A stretch of 64,000 nucleotides of DNA from Podarcis filfolensis (lineage: Eukaryota). The stretch is from NCBI GenBank assembly GCA_964270895.1, contig OZ185446.1; one strand, given 5' to 3'. A program made the translations under genes and the position numbers. Shown in pieces: positions 25,242 through 37,666 of this stretch (its first letter is position 1; each line of letters starts with the position of its first letter). Below the pieces are notes generated by a model, which did not search any database, was not told the DNA's origin, and saw only the letters and a program-made list of their open reading frames with translations.

Positions 25242-25523
25242 CAGGCACACCTTGTTTTATTCCACTTCACATTATTGTGCTTTGTGGATATTGCTCCTTA
25301 TGAGGATGCTGGTGCAGCCTGGCCCCCCACTGCCCCTCTTCTGGCCACGGGAGTGGAGCTGGCTGGGATTTCCCCCCCTGCTGCCCCTGCAGCCAGTGGG
25401 GCCTGGCTTAATATAATACAGTATAGTATAGTGTGAACTTAAAAGTGTGGCTTGCTTTATTGTGATACTCACTTTATTGCGGTGATCTGGCACTGAACCT
25501 GCAATATCTCTGAGGTATGCCTG
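25242..25523 (+). mobile_element. Tigger1-like non-autonomous element with GC-rich filler
   Basis: TA|CAGGCACACCT...GAGGTATGCCTG; subterminal ctttattgcggtgatctggcactgaacctgcaatatctc matches the recalled Tigger1 3' end. Confidence 0.8.
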
Positions 25524-26290
25524 TTCTGTGGAAGAATTTGTTTGACTAATGTGGTCAAGCTGAGCAGCAGACAGATTAAATTTTACATAGCTTTTAATAG
25601 GTTAGAAATTACAATAATGTTTTAACATTTGCTGTCTAATTGCTTTATATGGGTGCAATATAGACAAATTAGCTGTAAGAGTTGGCTTATGGCAAATCAG
25701 TACTGTTTGGAGAGAACCCAATTTAGCATTAAGGTCCTGACTTGGAGAATAGGAAAAAGGTATGCGAAAGGCATTTATAATAGAGAATAAGGGAAGTCAC
25801 CACAAAGGCATAGGTAAGGGAATTTTTCCTCTCTAGAAGACACCTGCTATGTATTAGTTATATCCAGCAGCCAGAAGCTCTCTTTGTAATTAAGAACTTC
25901 TTTTGGGATCACTCAACCCCTTTTCCCTTTCACTATGGACTTCCATGACATCAGATGAATAAGTTTTGCATTGTGAAGAATCATATGACATCCTGAGTTC
26001 CTATCACATTCCGCTTAAGCTCTTTCCTTCGTTCTAGCTGGAATAAAAAGAAAGAATGATCTCTGCCTCTGTTTCTTCTTCGCTCAGGTGCCTTTTTTAT
26101 TTTTTCGTTTTCCTTCATGACAGAAATTGAAGCGCCAGCTCCTCCATCTTGGGGAAAATGCCAAAGCTAGGAAAAAAGGGAAAGAGTAATCAGGCTACAA
26201 TTGCTCTATTTTTGGTTCTCTCGACTGATCTATGGAAACTTATTTAATTAAGCAATGGCAGAATTGTATCTACTTATTCCTATGGGTTAC

Positions 26291-26885
26291 CATGAGTCAA
26301 CAGTCTGATGTTGCAGCAAAAAAGGTAATGCTATTCTAGACTCTATCAACAAAGGTATAGTTCAAGGGAATTAATAGCCCCGCTCTATTTTGCCTTGATC
26401 AGACCAGTCCTGGAGTACTGTGTCCAGTTCTGTGCCACACAGTTTGGGAAGGATAGTGACAAGCTGAAATGGCAACCAAGATGATAAAGGGTATGGAAAC
26501 CAAGCCTTATGAGGAATGGTTGAGGGAGTTGGGTCTGTTTAACCTGGATAAGAGCAGACTGAGAGGAGATATGATAGCCATCATCAAATATCTAAAGGGC
26601 TGTCGCATGGAAGATGGAGCAATCTCCTGCTCTGGAGGGTAAGACCTGAGCCAATGTATTCAAGTTACAAGGAAGGAGATTTCAATTAAACCTCAGGAAG
26701 AGCATTCTGACAGTAAGAGCTGTTAGATATTAGAATGGACTCTCCTTCCTTAGGGGTTGTTTTTTTTTTAAGCAGAGGCTGGATGGCCATCTGTCACATA
26801 TGATCTAGTTGAGATACCTGCACTGCAGGGGGCTGGAGTAGATGACCCTTGGGTTCACCTCCAACTCTACAATTATATGGTTCTA
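26291..26885 (+). mobile_element. 5'-truncated CR1 LINE (RT C-terminus and 3'UTR)
   Basis: Degenerate frame MSQQ.D.AAKK...LEYCVQF...[33 protein letters not shown]; ends ccaactctacaattatatggttcta. Confidence 0.92.
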
Positions 26886-28242
26886 AGTAGAAGGAAAGAT
26901 AGAATGCATGGCTGGAAATGTGTGAAACAGCCAGGAAACCAGGAAGAAACTGAAAAAAAGATATGGGAGAAAATAGGCCATTGTTAGCTATATGGAAGAT
27001 ATGGATGCTGGGTCTTAATTTTCTAGTTAGTTCAGTAGCCCTAAGCAGAATATTCATCCAAGACAAATAACATGTCAAAGCTGTTAGTTCTGTACTAACC
27101 ATGGAAAACTGCTTGTTCTGAGAGCTTGCTTTCTTGATCATGCAAAACAAAGTTTTGTTCTGCCGAATAAAGGTGTCTGCTAAGAGGCATCTTTAGCCAT
27201 TCTCAAATGCCCTACCTGCGGCTGCTTTAAATTCCATTCAGTCAGTTGTGCAGTGTGCTTTGATATTTCCTGATTTTTTTTCCTTCAAAAAATGTCCTTA
27301 TGAAATATTTCTGTGCTTCAGAATTGCAGTGGTAGCTTTTATGTAACACACCTTTAAAAACATTTTAATCGTGTGCTGTTTGAACTCTTCTTTGTAAAAG
27401 GTCAGGCAGAGTTACAATAACAACATACTTGAGCTCCTTGGATCATAACTTCTAGTCTCGTTTGTAGCAAAACAGTGCTTCTGCTGCAGGGGAAAAAAAT
27501 AAGCCTTCCAGTCAGCAGCTGTTGTAAAACTTCCCTGTGGGGATTTACTACTTCTGAGTGCTTCATCACTTGTGTATGGTTTAAACAAATGCTGATTTCC
27601 TTATGTTTGTTTTTTCTTATTCAGATTTCATAAACCACATTGTTTATAAAAGTGGTTTATAAAACTTTCTTGCTAAGTTTCCAAATGCTTCTAATTGCCG
27701 TCATGTTTTTTTTTAACCATGTGTTGTAAGGGTTCAGTTCAATGCCTTTCATTTCCCACCCTCCTCTGTTTCTCTGCATAATATTGTAAATCAACATGTG
27801 TGAGGTATTTTTCACTGTTTCTCAAGTTTATCCAGATTGTTCTCATTTCTGAAAATCTAATTTTATGCAATCCCCTTGCGTAAAATTTGGCTGATAACTT
27901 GAGGAGGAAACAGTGTGAAGTTGAGGGGGTCAGTGCTGCTAACTTGATTGCCCAATGGAGTTAAAAGACTGTCAAACAAATAAGTAAGTAGGTTAGAAAA
28001 GTTATATGCGTTTGTAATTATTGTACTTTTAAAAAACAGGAACTCCTTTTAAATTGGCTGTGGTTTTTTTTTAAATAATGGAAACCATATACGTTGGAAG
28101 TTTGGGGTAAAAAATTCCAATATCCACAGTGTAGTTGTATTTGAATATGATGCATATTGAATATGGCCTAATACAGCATTTTAAATGGAAATGTAACAGA
28201 TAATATCAATAATATCAATTTTATTTTCACTGGAATATTTTC

Positions 28243-28560
28243 AGTGGCTGTCCCTAGACTTTGGAATTCTCTGCCCAGAGTAATCTGTCTTGCTCCTGTC
28301 TTGTTGGTCTTCTATCACAGTGTTAAAACCTTACTTTTAGAAAAATATTTGGTTATTGGTGAACTTTAGCTGAAGGGCTTTTAATACAATAGTTAAGTCC
28401 CCCCCCCGGCTTATGTTTCTCTTTTATAGTAATGATTTTATGTGTTTTATTCTATCTTGAGAGTGTTTTGTTGTATTTTAATTTAATGGTATATTTTTTT
28501 ATTAGCCACTCTGAACCTTTTTTAAAAAAAGCTGTGATATAAACATTTCTTAATAATAAA
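28243..28560 (+). mobile_element. Old L2 3' remnant
   Basis: cagtggctgtccctagactttggaattctctgccc (encodes a VAVPRLWNSLP-like motif) and a decayed tail. Confidence 0.55.
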
Positions 28561-29232
28561 TATATTGCTACGAAGTTTAACTGCACTCTAACATACTAGA
28601 CAAATTGTTGCTATGTACAGGTTGGATGTCAGTGGCTGAACATAGTAAAGCTTGATACATTATAGTGATTATATGAAGAATTCAGCAAAATGGCAAGGTA
28701 TTTTAATTGAGTTATGAAGTAGTGATTTCCAGACTGAAGTTGACCTTCCTAAGGAGACATATTCAGAGTATATGAGTAACTTAAAAAGTGGCACCATTTC
28801 AGTCTTCAATTGTGGAGAGAATTCTGCTTATGGGAGATTAGGGTATAAGCTTTTCAGAAGCCATTGGCACATTGAGAGACAATGGTCTGCCATTAAAGCA
28901 GGAAGCCTTGAACTGAGGTTAATAGAGAGGTACAGGAAGTGGCAGCACCTCCTTGAATTTTACTTCCTGCTTTTGCCTTATGTGTGAATGCCACCAGGGT
29001 TGCAAGGAAATGTGCTTCCTCCTCTCCCAACTATCCCTATCCCTTGTGAGAGGAGTTGATGGCCCAGAGCTTCAGAATTGGCCAGGATCTAAGGCAAGGT
29101 CAGGACCCTGGACAAGGATCAAGGTGCTAATTCAGAGTTCAGTAGGTTCAGGACCACGGTTAGCACTCCTGCAGCTGAGGCAAATGGAGGAAGCTGTCTT
29201 GACACTGACCTAAGGGACTGCCAAAGCTTTTA

Positions 29233-29603
29233 AACATGTGTATGCTGAATTTTAAATTATACTATGTTGTTAGGTGCAGTACTTTATAGCAATTTGTAAT
29301 GTGTGTTGCTCAGTTTATCTGTGTGCTGTATTCCAATTTGCTTTTGCTTTTCACTAATTAGACTTGGTCCTGCAGTGTGCCTAGGCATGCTGTTGTTGCA
29401 GACAGTAGAAATCCCATGGAGGAAAAGACTTGAATTCTGCAGTCTATTGCATATTATTCAATCTGTTAATTATTTCCTCACTTCATTTGCGTATGCCCAA
29501 TAGTGGGAAAAAAAGATGATTTAATGGAAAATTGAAATATAATAGTCCCTATGCAAAGCATCTCTTGCTCACTACAATTGAAATAATTTGATATGTAAAA
29601 TTT
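29233..29603 (+). repeat. Copy 2 of the ~350-bp dispersed duplication (partner 7204-7549)
   Basis: Same order and orientation; carries two short extra segments relative to copy 1. Confidence 0.9.
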
Positions 29604-31582
29604 AAAATGTCTGGTCTAGATAGTAAAGTTTAATGCCCCCACACTGAGTGCTGTATCTGGACAGTTAATGGATCAGTGCTTTTTTATGCAGCTGTTGACT
29701 TCTTCTAGGTAACAAAATTTCAAGCTATGGGGATTTATTTGGTCTTTACTAATACTCCAAGGAGTCGATGGTCCAGTCATTTGAAGTTACCTAACAAAGG
29801 GTACCTCCTTGATGTATAGGGGATGAAGTGCTGATTTTGGAATTTGTATATATGAGAATTTCTGGTCTGGGACCACAACATCAGTTAATGGACTGCTTAT
29901 TTTTAAACGCTGCTATTCTTACTTGATTGTTGTGACTGACAGTATCTATCCTCAATTCCTAAGGAATAATCTTACAGCAGCAGAAGTTCAATGCTAAATT
30001 ATCCTTCTGTGCTAGGTTAAATTTAAATTCCTATATCCCTGCATACCTGAAGAAGTACCTTCTGCATATTCCACACCAGCCGCTGAAGCTGGATAGGATA
30101 ACTTTGTTTTGGATCCTGTATTTTCAGGAAGTTACAACAGTGAGGGCTTAGAGCAAGGCGTTCTTTATCGTTGCACTGATGTTGTGAAACTCCCTGATAA
30201 GGGAGAACAGTTTGGCACCTCCCTTTATTTTATTTTTTTCAGGGCAAGTGAAGACCTGGGCTCATTTGTCCTGGGCTATGGTGGCAGTTACATGTAATAT
30301 CTGTAATTTGAATTACTTGCTATGAGTATGTCTTTAAAACATTTACTGTGTTCATCATTTATGCCTGATTTGTGTGTGTTTAGATTGTTGTACGGTAATT
30401 AGGATACTATTAAAGGTATTGTGTTTGTAAATAATTTTAATTTAAAAAAACCCTGTTTGCTTCGAAGAATTAAAAATGTTGATTTCTCTTGCTTTTAAGG
30501 GTTGAAAACTCCAGACACCATAAACTGGTGCATATAACACAAAATTAATAAATATATAATCAATGACAAAACGCAAATCTAGAAACAGAAGCTACGTATG
30601 CTCCTTTTACTGACATGATACCCTTCAATCATGTTACAATGAAAAATGAAATGATTGAAACTATTTGTATCTGTAATGTTTTATGAGATGGATAATGCAG
30701 TATCTTTTCTGATATATAATGGCATCACATTTTAAGTCATTCCTCATATTTTTCCACAGGTACAAGCATGCTAATAAATACTGATTATTTAGGTAGTCTG
30801 TCATACTGTTATACAGATATATTCAGTGTAATGATATGTTCTGCTAATATATTCATAATTTTGCTTTCCATGGTACATTATTTTTCACCAGGAGAAATAT
30901 ACAACTTTTAGTATCTTCCAAGATCTATTTTATTAACTTGTGTACCAATCTCAAAACCAGTAACAAGAAAAACTAGTGGATATTTAACATAATGAGCACA
31001 TTGAACATGTTAAGAAAATGCCTACTCTACTTATATGTCTGATATAATTCGTGTAGATTAAGTGAATAATTTATTTAATGGTTTGCTGTAATAAATTCAT
31101 TTATGAATCACCATACACTATTTTGTTGTGAATTCCATGCTGTGAATTTTTTTCTTAAAAGTTATGGCTGGGATAATGAAAGGGACTGAAAAATATATTG
31201 TGTTGGATAAATTGTACTGGAATATCTTCAGTCTGAAAACTCCACTGCTTGTGCATAGCATGGCCCTCTGAGTGGATTGTTCATTGTGCAAAACCAAAAC
31301 CACTAGAGGTGTGTATTTCAGTGTGCCTACAGTAAATGGATTATTGGTTTTGAACAGGAAATACAAATCCCAATCTCCAGTAAACTCTGAGGTCTACTGG
31401 ATGACTTGGACTAAGTCACTATCTGTTTTCCTAGCATAACTCACACAAAGATTGTGAGACTAAACCTAGGAAGTATTGAAAAACTCATAGCACACAGAAA
31501 AATGCTATCTTCCTGTGAACCTTCTGCCTAGTGGGATTGATTTTATACACAATATTAAATAGGTGCATGCTTTGTTTTTCAG

Positions 31583-31745
31583 CGATGTGCATATTGCAAG
31601 CACCTTGGAGCCACTATCAAATGCTGTGAAGAGAAATGCACCCAGATGTACCATTATCCATGTGCTGCTGGAGCAGGCGCTTTTCAGGACTTTAATAATT
31701 TTTCCCTTCTTTGCCCAGACCACATTGACCAGGCTCCACAAAGAT
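31583..31745 (+). CDS. KMT2C: KMT2C exon 7 (163 nt) RCAYCKHLGATIKCCEEKCTQMYHYPCAAGAGAFQDFNNFSLLCPDHIDQAPQR (PHD)
   Basis: tttttcag|CGATG...AAGAT|gtaagt; follows a 16.7-kb intron. Confidence 0.97.
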
Positions 31746-32419
31746 GTAAGTAGCAGTAGTGAGCTAAAGCTGCAGTTCATACCTATTGATGATCAGTACA
31801 AAATTCCTTTTTTTGTTACTGGATCCAGATTAATTCTTTATTGCTTACCTTTTATTCAACTATAATAAAAGGGAATTGGGGAAGAGAGTTATGTCCCAGC
31901 CTTTCCCAACTTCCAGTCTTTAATTCTAGCTGCTCTGAGTAAGGTGAAGGGTTACAGTCAGGAAAGTGTCAGGAAATCCATTTCCCTCCTTTCCCAATCT
32001 GTAGCTCTTCAAACAAACTCATGAGAAACAAGGGAAGCAAGCCAGGCTGCCTACCATTGGGCTTACTTGTGGCTGCTCACCCACCCACTCTGTAATCATC
32101 ACTCTTAATATATTAGTGAATAATTGTTCCCACTATGCTGCTTGTCTTTTAAAAGTATTGGAGGACAAATTTTCCAATACTAGTTTCATTTTTAAAGGAT
32201 GTAACCTGTGTGAAGCAGTTTGCTATGCAAAGTGTCATTATGCACAGTCTGCTTTCATATGCAGTTAAATGTCTGATTTCATATATTCTTCAGTTGTATT
32301 TTGCCAGCTTATGTAATCCTTATGTAGCGTTGGAATAACAGGATGAAAATATTTATATAATGTGAAGCTTTATGACGACTCCTTCTAAAATGATGCAAAA
32401 TTCATCTGTTAATTTACAG

Positions 32420-32591
32420 CAAAGGAAGAAGCAAACTGTGCAGTGTGTGATAGCCCTGACGACCTCTTAGATCAGCTTTTTTGTACTACCTGTGGCCAGC
32501 ATTACCATGGAATGTGCCTGGATATACAAGTGACACCTATAAAACGGGCAGGTTGGCAGTGTCCCGATTGCAAAGTGTGCCAGAACTGCAA
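32420..32591 (+). CDS. KMT2C: KMT2C exon 8 (172 nt) KEEANCAVCDSPDDLLDQLFCTTCGQHYHGMCLDIQVTPIKRAGWQCPDCKVCQNC (PHD)
   Basis: atttacag|CAAAGG...TGCAA|gtaagc. Confidence 0.97.
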
Positions 32592-33570
32592 GTAAGCAAA
32601 AGTAGACTGTGGTTTTATTGTGTTTAGAACTGCAGGGAGTTGTGAAACCCAGTCCTGTCCTGTGACAGTTCTGCAGTCACCAGAGCCTGATAATGGAGAC
32701 AAGGTGCTTTGGTAGTTGGAAGAGGAAATTCCCATAAAATTGTATTATTTAAAATGGGAGAGGGTGCTCTCTGAGGCAGAAATTGAGAGGTGAGGCAGAC
32801 TTGGAAACCTGTTTTAATGTATTGACCATGGTTATAAAAGGTGTAAGAGAATTTAACTAAAGACGGTGATCTCCTCTTTTTCTTCTTCTGTGGAACTTGA
32901 AGATAAGCACTTGGACAGATTTATGGGAATGGTCCCTGACTGCCATAACAAAACCTGATTTGCTTACCAAAATGTTGGATATGGTTTCTTCACTCTTGAG
33001 TGAAGAGTGGAGAAAACATTCCATTAGGAATATTTGCTTTTGGTGCTGGAGGCCCACAATGGATTGTGGATTCTGTTTGTTTACTGACCCATAGCATGGC
33101 ACAACAGAGCCCTAGTTGAGTTGGTTTCAAGGAGGGTATTAAGACTAGTGCAAAGAAAAGACCTCTCCCACCTACTCACTTCCCCTGTATCATTCACTTC
33201 TCAAATTATCTGCAGCAACTTTAGCATATATTGATTGGTATTTCATTGCTTCCATAACAATTAAGAGTTGTTAGACTTTTTAATTCTCCCTTTCTACCAT
33301 TTTTTATTAATATTTGTGAGTGCATAATTATGATTGAAATGTTGCACCGGTGGAGTAGCATGACATTTAATAGAGTCAAGTAATGAAACTGAAGTATTGG
33401 CTCTATATTATTAGATGTGACTTCAGGCTTCAGCATTGGATCATCTAACTTATTTTATAGTTGGTGCTTTACTGTTTAGTGCTTAGCTACCTTGCTGCAA
33501 AGTGCTATTTTCTTTTTTAAAGTATTTTCCTTCCTATCCAGGAAGCTTAACCTTCTAACCTCTTTCCTAG

Positions 33571-33685
33571 GCATTCTGGAGAAGACAACAAGATGCTTGT
33601 GTGTGATACATGTGACAAAGGGTATCATACTTTTTGTTTACAACCAGTTATGGACTCTGTACCAACAAATGGCTGGAAATGCAAA
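33571..33685 (+). CDS. KMT2C: KMT2C exon 9 (115 nt) HSGEDNKMLVCDTCDKGYHTFCLQPVMDSVPTNGWKCK (PHD)
   Basis: tttcctag|GCATT...TGCAAA|gtgagt. Confidence 0.97.
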
Positions 33686-33870
33686 GTGAGTTTACGTTTT
33701 GAAATTGGAAGTTGATTACATAAGAGGCCTGCTTTCATGTTCTTTTAGCCCACTGAACTCACTTCAGCTAATGAATAGCAACACAGAGAATCTCTGGTTA
33801 ATCTCATGTTGATTTTCAAGTGACCGTTACTTCTGCTAATCACAATCTTTTGAAAAAAGTGCAAAAAAGA

Positions 33871-33910
33871 GGTATCTGAAGAAGTGTGCATGCACACGAA
33901 AGCTCATACC
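33871..33910 (+). ncRNA. Minimal type I hammerhead ribozyme
   Basis: GGUAU-CUGAAGA-A-GUGUGCAUGCACAC-GAAA-GC-UC-AUACC: stem I GGUAU/AUACC, full core, palindromic stem II, palindromic AGCU stem III; predicted cleavage after C33905. Confidence 0.8.
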
Positions 33911-34000
33911 AGTAACTAACTTAGTTGGTCTCTAAGGTGCTACTGGAAGGATTTTTTTTATTTTGTTTTGACTACGGCAGACCAACACGGCTACCTACCT
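33873..34000 (+). mobile_element. Penelope-like element terminal-repeat fragment
   Basis: 14-bp TSD gtgcaaaaaagagg at 33859-33872 and 34001-34014; ctgaagaag...gaaagctcata...ttagttggtctctaaggtgcta...gaccaacacggctacc recalled as a reptile PLE end. Confidence 0.85.
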
Positions 34001-34509
34001 GTGCAAAAAAGAGGGATAAGTTTGCCAAATATACAACTATTATGGGGCTTTTCAGCTGAGACATATTCTTAAATTACTTCATAGTTAAGCGGAAAATCAG
34101 TGGATTAATATTGAAACAAAGGGGTTGACCAAGTATAGGGTTCAAGGTTTACCTTTTATACCAATTAAAAGTATCAAGAAGCTATAGATAATCCCTTCCT
34201 TAATTGCACACTTATAGTGTGGAGGAAATGCCAGTGTAAACGCTCTCCATGTTTCTCTCTGCTTACTCCCTTTTTAATACACCTGTGGTTTGTCAATAGG
34301 GACAAAATTCAATATTTTAACCAGTGGAAAAATTGGTATAGTATCCATATGTGATCTGTTTGCAGTAGTGACCCCCAAATCAGGTCTTCAGCTGAAAGAA
34401 GAATTGGGCATGATATCAATAAACTGGTTCTAATAACACCCAAGTTCTTTTATATAACTGAAATCAAGATATCAAGAGTTGAATTGTTCATGCTTGTGAC
34501 TGATTCCAT

Positions 34510-35400
34510 AATAAAAGCGATGGAATTTTTATTTATTTTTTACAAAATTTTGATAGTTGAGACAAATTGGATCAATCCAAAGTTTAAATGAAACACGAGC
34601 ATGATATTTTAAAGAAATAATAGAGGATTGAAATAGTAATTGGCTTGCTTGCAAAGCCATTATATTCAATCTTCGCAAAAATACAGGGAAATCCTCTGAA
34701 AGTTTTTCTCTGCTGGTATATGACTCCAACTACCCTTAGTCATATTTATGGTTCTACATCACCTGATTGATGGGATGGGAAGCATGGGGAACATATTTCC
34801 ACAATGTTGGGTGTACCAATATGTGCATGGATTTTGGAAGGTATCTTGAAAGAATGTAGTCTTACAGTAAAGTAGGAAATGTAGATGGATCCAAAGGTTT
34901 CGCTCTTCAGTGGCCAAAATGTCAAAATCGCATATAAGAAAATGTTTATTTTGTTTGTTTGTAGCATCACATTTATTAGTTAATAAGTTGTTAATAATAG
35001 TTATGTAATGCTGGAAGAATTCTAAAGATCGGTCATTAGAAGCATGGTATAACAAAGTATGAACAATTGTTATATTGGTGGAAAAAACAACTAGACAAGT
35101 TTGGGCAAAAAGAGAACAAAGGAAATTGATTAATTTTATGCAGCTTGGTCTGCTTTTCTTGATTTTATTAATAAACAGGATGAAAAGGAACCCACCAAAA
35201 ACTTATGGAGAATTGTACAATGAGACGTTTTTATAATATATTAACAGTATGGATTAAATAATATTCAATGATATAAATCATTGTCAAACCTTTCATTAAT
35301 ATATTTTGGTGGAGTATTTTATTGTTACTACTGTCTGTGACCCCCTTTGATGTATTTTAAAATATTTTTAAAGAAAGAGGTTGAAAAAATAAGTGTAGGA
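34510..35400 (+). mobile_element. Degenerate L1 ORF2 C-terminus and 3'UTR
   Basis: Translates LKVFLCWYMTPTTLSHIYGSTSPD*WDGKHG...CWKNSKD.SLEAWYNKV, matching the non-mammalian L1 ORF2 zinc-knuckle region. Confidence 0.7.
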
Positions 35401-36294
35401 ATATAAATAGATCAAAATGATCCATCCAAACTAGACTTTTGTCAATATAGGAACATATAATTACAAAATTTGAACAATGTGTATTTTCTGAGATTTAACA
35501 CCTATGGCTAGTTAAAGTAGACTGATACTTAAGGCTGTTGATTGCACTAACAGATGTAAGCTTTATTTTAAAAAATGTTTCTTGTTTTCATATAAATGCC
35601 ATTTCTCTGAGATGCATTAGTTATTTCCTTCCCAAATATTCTGTAATTTTTATCTGCCTTCTGGATGGGGAATTTATTGCACTCCAGCCAGATGCTTGTG
35701 ATGTTATATAGAATTTCTGCCTGCCAGATTCCTGGAGTCTCATAGCTTGTAATAACTAAATTCCCATTTTAAAAATAATAATTAGAAGGTAGCTATACTT
35801 AACTGTCAATAAAAATATACGGTACTTACTACATTTCCAAGCTGGTTTACCTTGAAAGGATACATTTACAATTGCATAATGCTTTTAACATAAATTTACG
35901 TCTTCATTGTGGAATCTTCTTTAACTTGTGTAAAGGAGAACCTTCTAAGGATGAAAACAGCAGGGCTTGATTCATATGCAACGTAGTACAGTGAGGAGAG
36001 GGAAGGACAAGAAGAGAAGCTGAACTTGTTCTCCCTTTGCTCTCCTAGCATAAGCATATTGTCATGTTAAGAGGCAGTAGCAACCAGGCAATTATGTCAG
36101 GGTGGATTAATTTAAATCAGGATAGCTAACCTGTGGCTCTTCAAATGTTGTTAGGCTACAGTTCTCATAACCCTGACTGTTGACCATGTTGGTTTGGGAC
36201 AGCAGAGATATGGGAGTACAGCAGTACCTCAGTTCTTTCTCAGTTGCCATGGGTAGTAGCAGTACCTGGAATATTGCCTGATTTCAGACAGGAT

Positions 36295-36386
36295 TGTCTT
36301 TCAGCTCTTCCTGGAGATACAGGGGGTTAAGCTGTTACCCTTGGCATAGAAAGGACATGCTCTGCCACTGAGCTGTGGTTCCTCCC
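36295..36386 (-). mobile_element. tRNA-derived SINE head remnant
   Basis: tcctggagatacaggg...catgctctgccactgagctgtggttcctccc; similar to 12490-12627. Confidence 0.5.
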
Positions 36387-36947
36387 ACATAAACTAAATA
36401 TATGACACAATATTCTTTCTTATCTCACATACTTAATTTACTAACTGTTTAGTACAGATTTAGAAATCATGAGATCAGTTTCTCACCCCTTTGCAATTGA
36501 CATTTACAAGGAAAAAGAAGTCCCAACGTACAACAGAGGAGCAGATATTTATTCAGACTATATTTACATTGTCAAGAGTTAGTATATAATTCAATTTTCA
36601 GGAGAAAGAAAGGATGCTTTTCATTTTATTTTCTGTCCATCAAAGGTTAATAATCCTTTTGATCGTGTCTGCATGGAGATTTAAGTTTCTACTGGCAAGA
36701 GAACTATGTCCCATTAAAGACATCCTTGTCAAAGATTTTCTTGTCTAGTGGAAGTGCAGTGTGAAAATTTACCCTTAGGCTGTGTTTTGAATAGATTATG
36801 GACTACTAGTTTTGCTCGTTAAACTTCCACATAAATAAAATTAAAGTTCCTCTTTCTGTCAATGTAGAACATGTTTGCCAGTGATTGTTTTTGATGCAAT
36901 AGCATAGTATCGTAAACAGGAAAGACTTTCTTTTCTCATATTTTCAG

Positions 36948-37120
36948 AACTGCAGGGTATGTGCAGAATGTGGCACACGGACCAGTAGTCAGTGGCATCA
37001 CAACTGTCTTATGTGTGATAGTTGTTACCGTCAGCAAGACAATTTGCCTTGTCCTTTCTGTGAAAAATCCTCCAATCCAGACTTGCAAAAAGACAAGTTG
37101 CGTTGTCATATGTGCAAAAG
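36948..37120 (+). CDS. KMT2C: KMT2C exon 10 (173 nt) NCRVCAECGTRTSSQWHHNCLMCDSCYRQQDNLPCPFCEKSSNPDLQKDKLRCHMCK
   Basis: attttcag|AACTGC...AAAAG|gtagga. Confidence 0.96.
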
Positions 37121-37666
37121 GTAGGAAACCTAACTATCATCTTAAACGATTGGCTAACTCTGCTACTTCTTAATGGCCCTCAGACCTTTTTGTTAAAGTG
37201 GCCCCATGTTGCATCCAGCTTTGATCTATTGAAGACGCTTCTATTTCTGCAATATAATATGCGTATCAACTACTGTTCATCCATCATGAGACTTGCCACA
37301 AGGTTCTCAGAATCTTCTGATAAATTCTGTCCCATATTGGGTTAACTGTTCAGTGTATGGTTGGCTTCTTCAAGTTTTAAATAGATCTGGAACTAAGTCT
37401 TGTAGGGTTATTGTAGTTATGTATATGTACACGAAACAATTACTCATTAGTGAATGTAGCACATTGGATCAGTTCTGCAAGTAAAGTGGATTCAGATGCT
37501 TTTGTGAATCCCTTTTAGGTATTGGTTTGATTTGAGGTGCCCCAAAATCCAGAAAATACAGAGTTTTAAAAAATATATATATTTTTTTTTACAATGAAGA
37601 TAGGATTTCAGTGGGACATTTTACATAAATTAATTAATGTGAATTTTTGACTAATGATTCCCTTAG

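Noticed and set aside
26124-26185. Exon-like segment with strong acceptor (KLKRQLLHLGENAKARKKGK)
   Set aside because: 62 nt, out of frame with exons 6/7, weak donor, no KMT2C similarity; treated as a pseudo-exon without RNA data
30109-30297. 62-aa ORF and two acceptor-like sites (30128, 30243)
   Set aside because: Both hit stops within a few codons in the exon 6 frame, donors are poor, and the peptide is unrecognised
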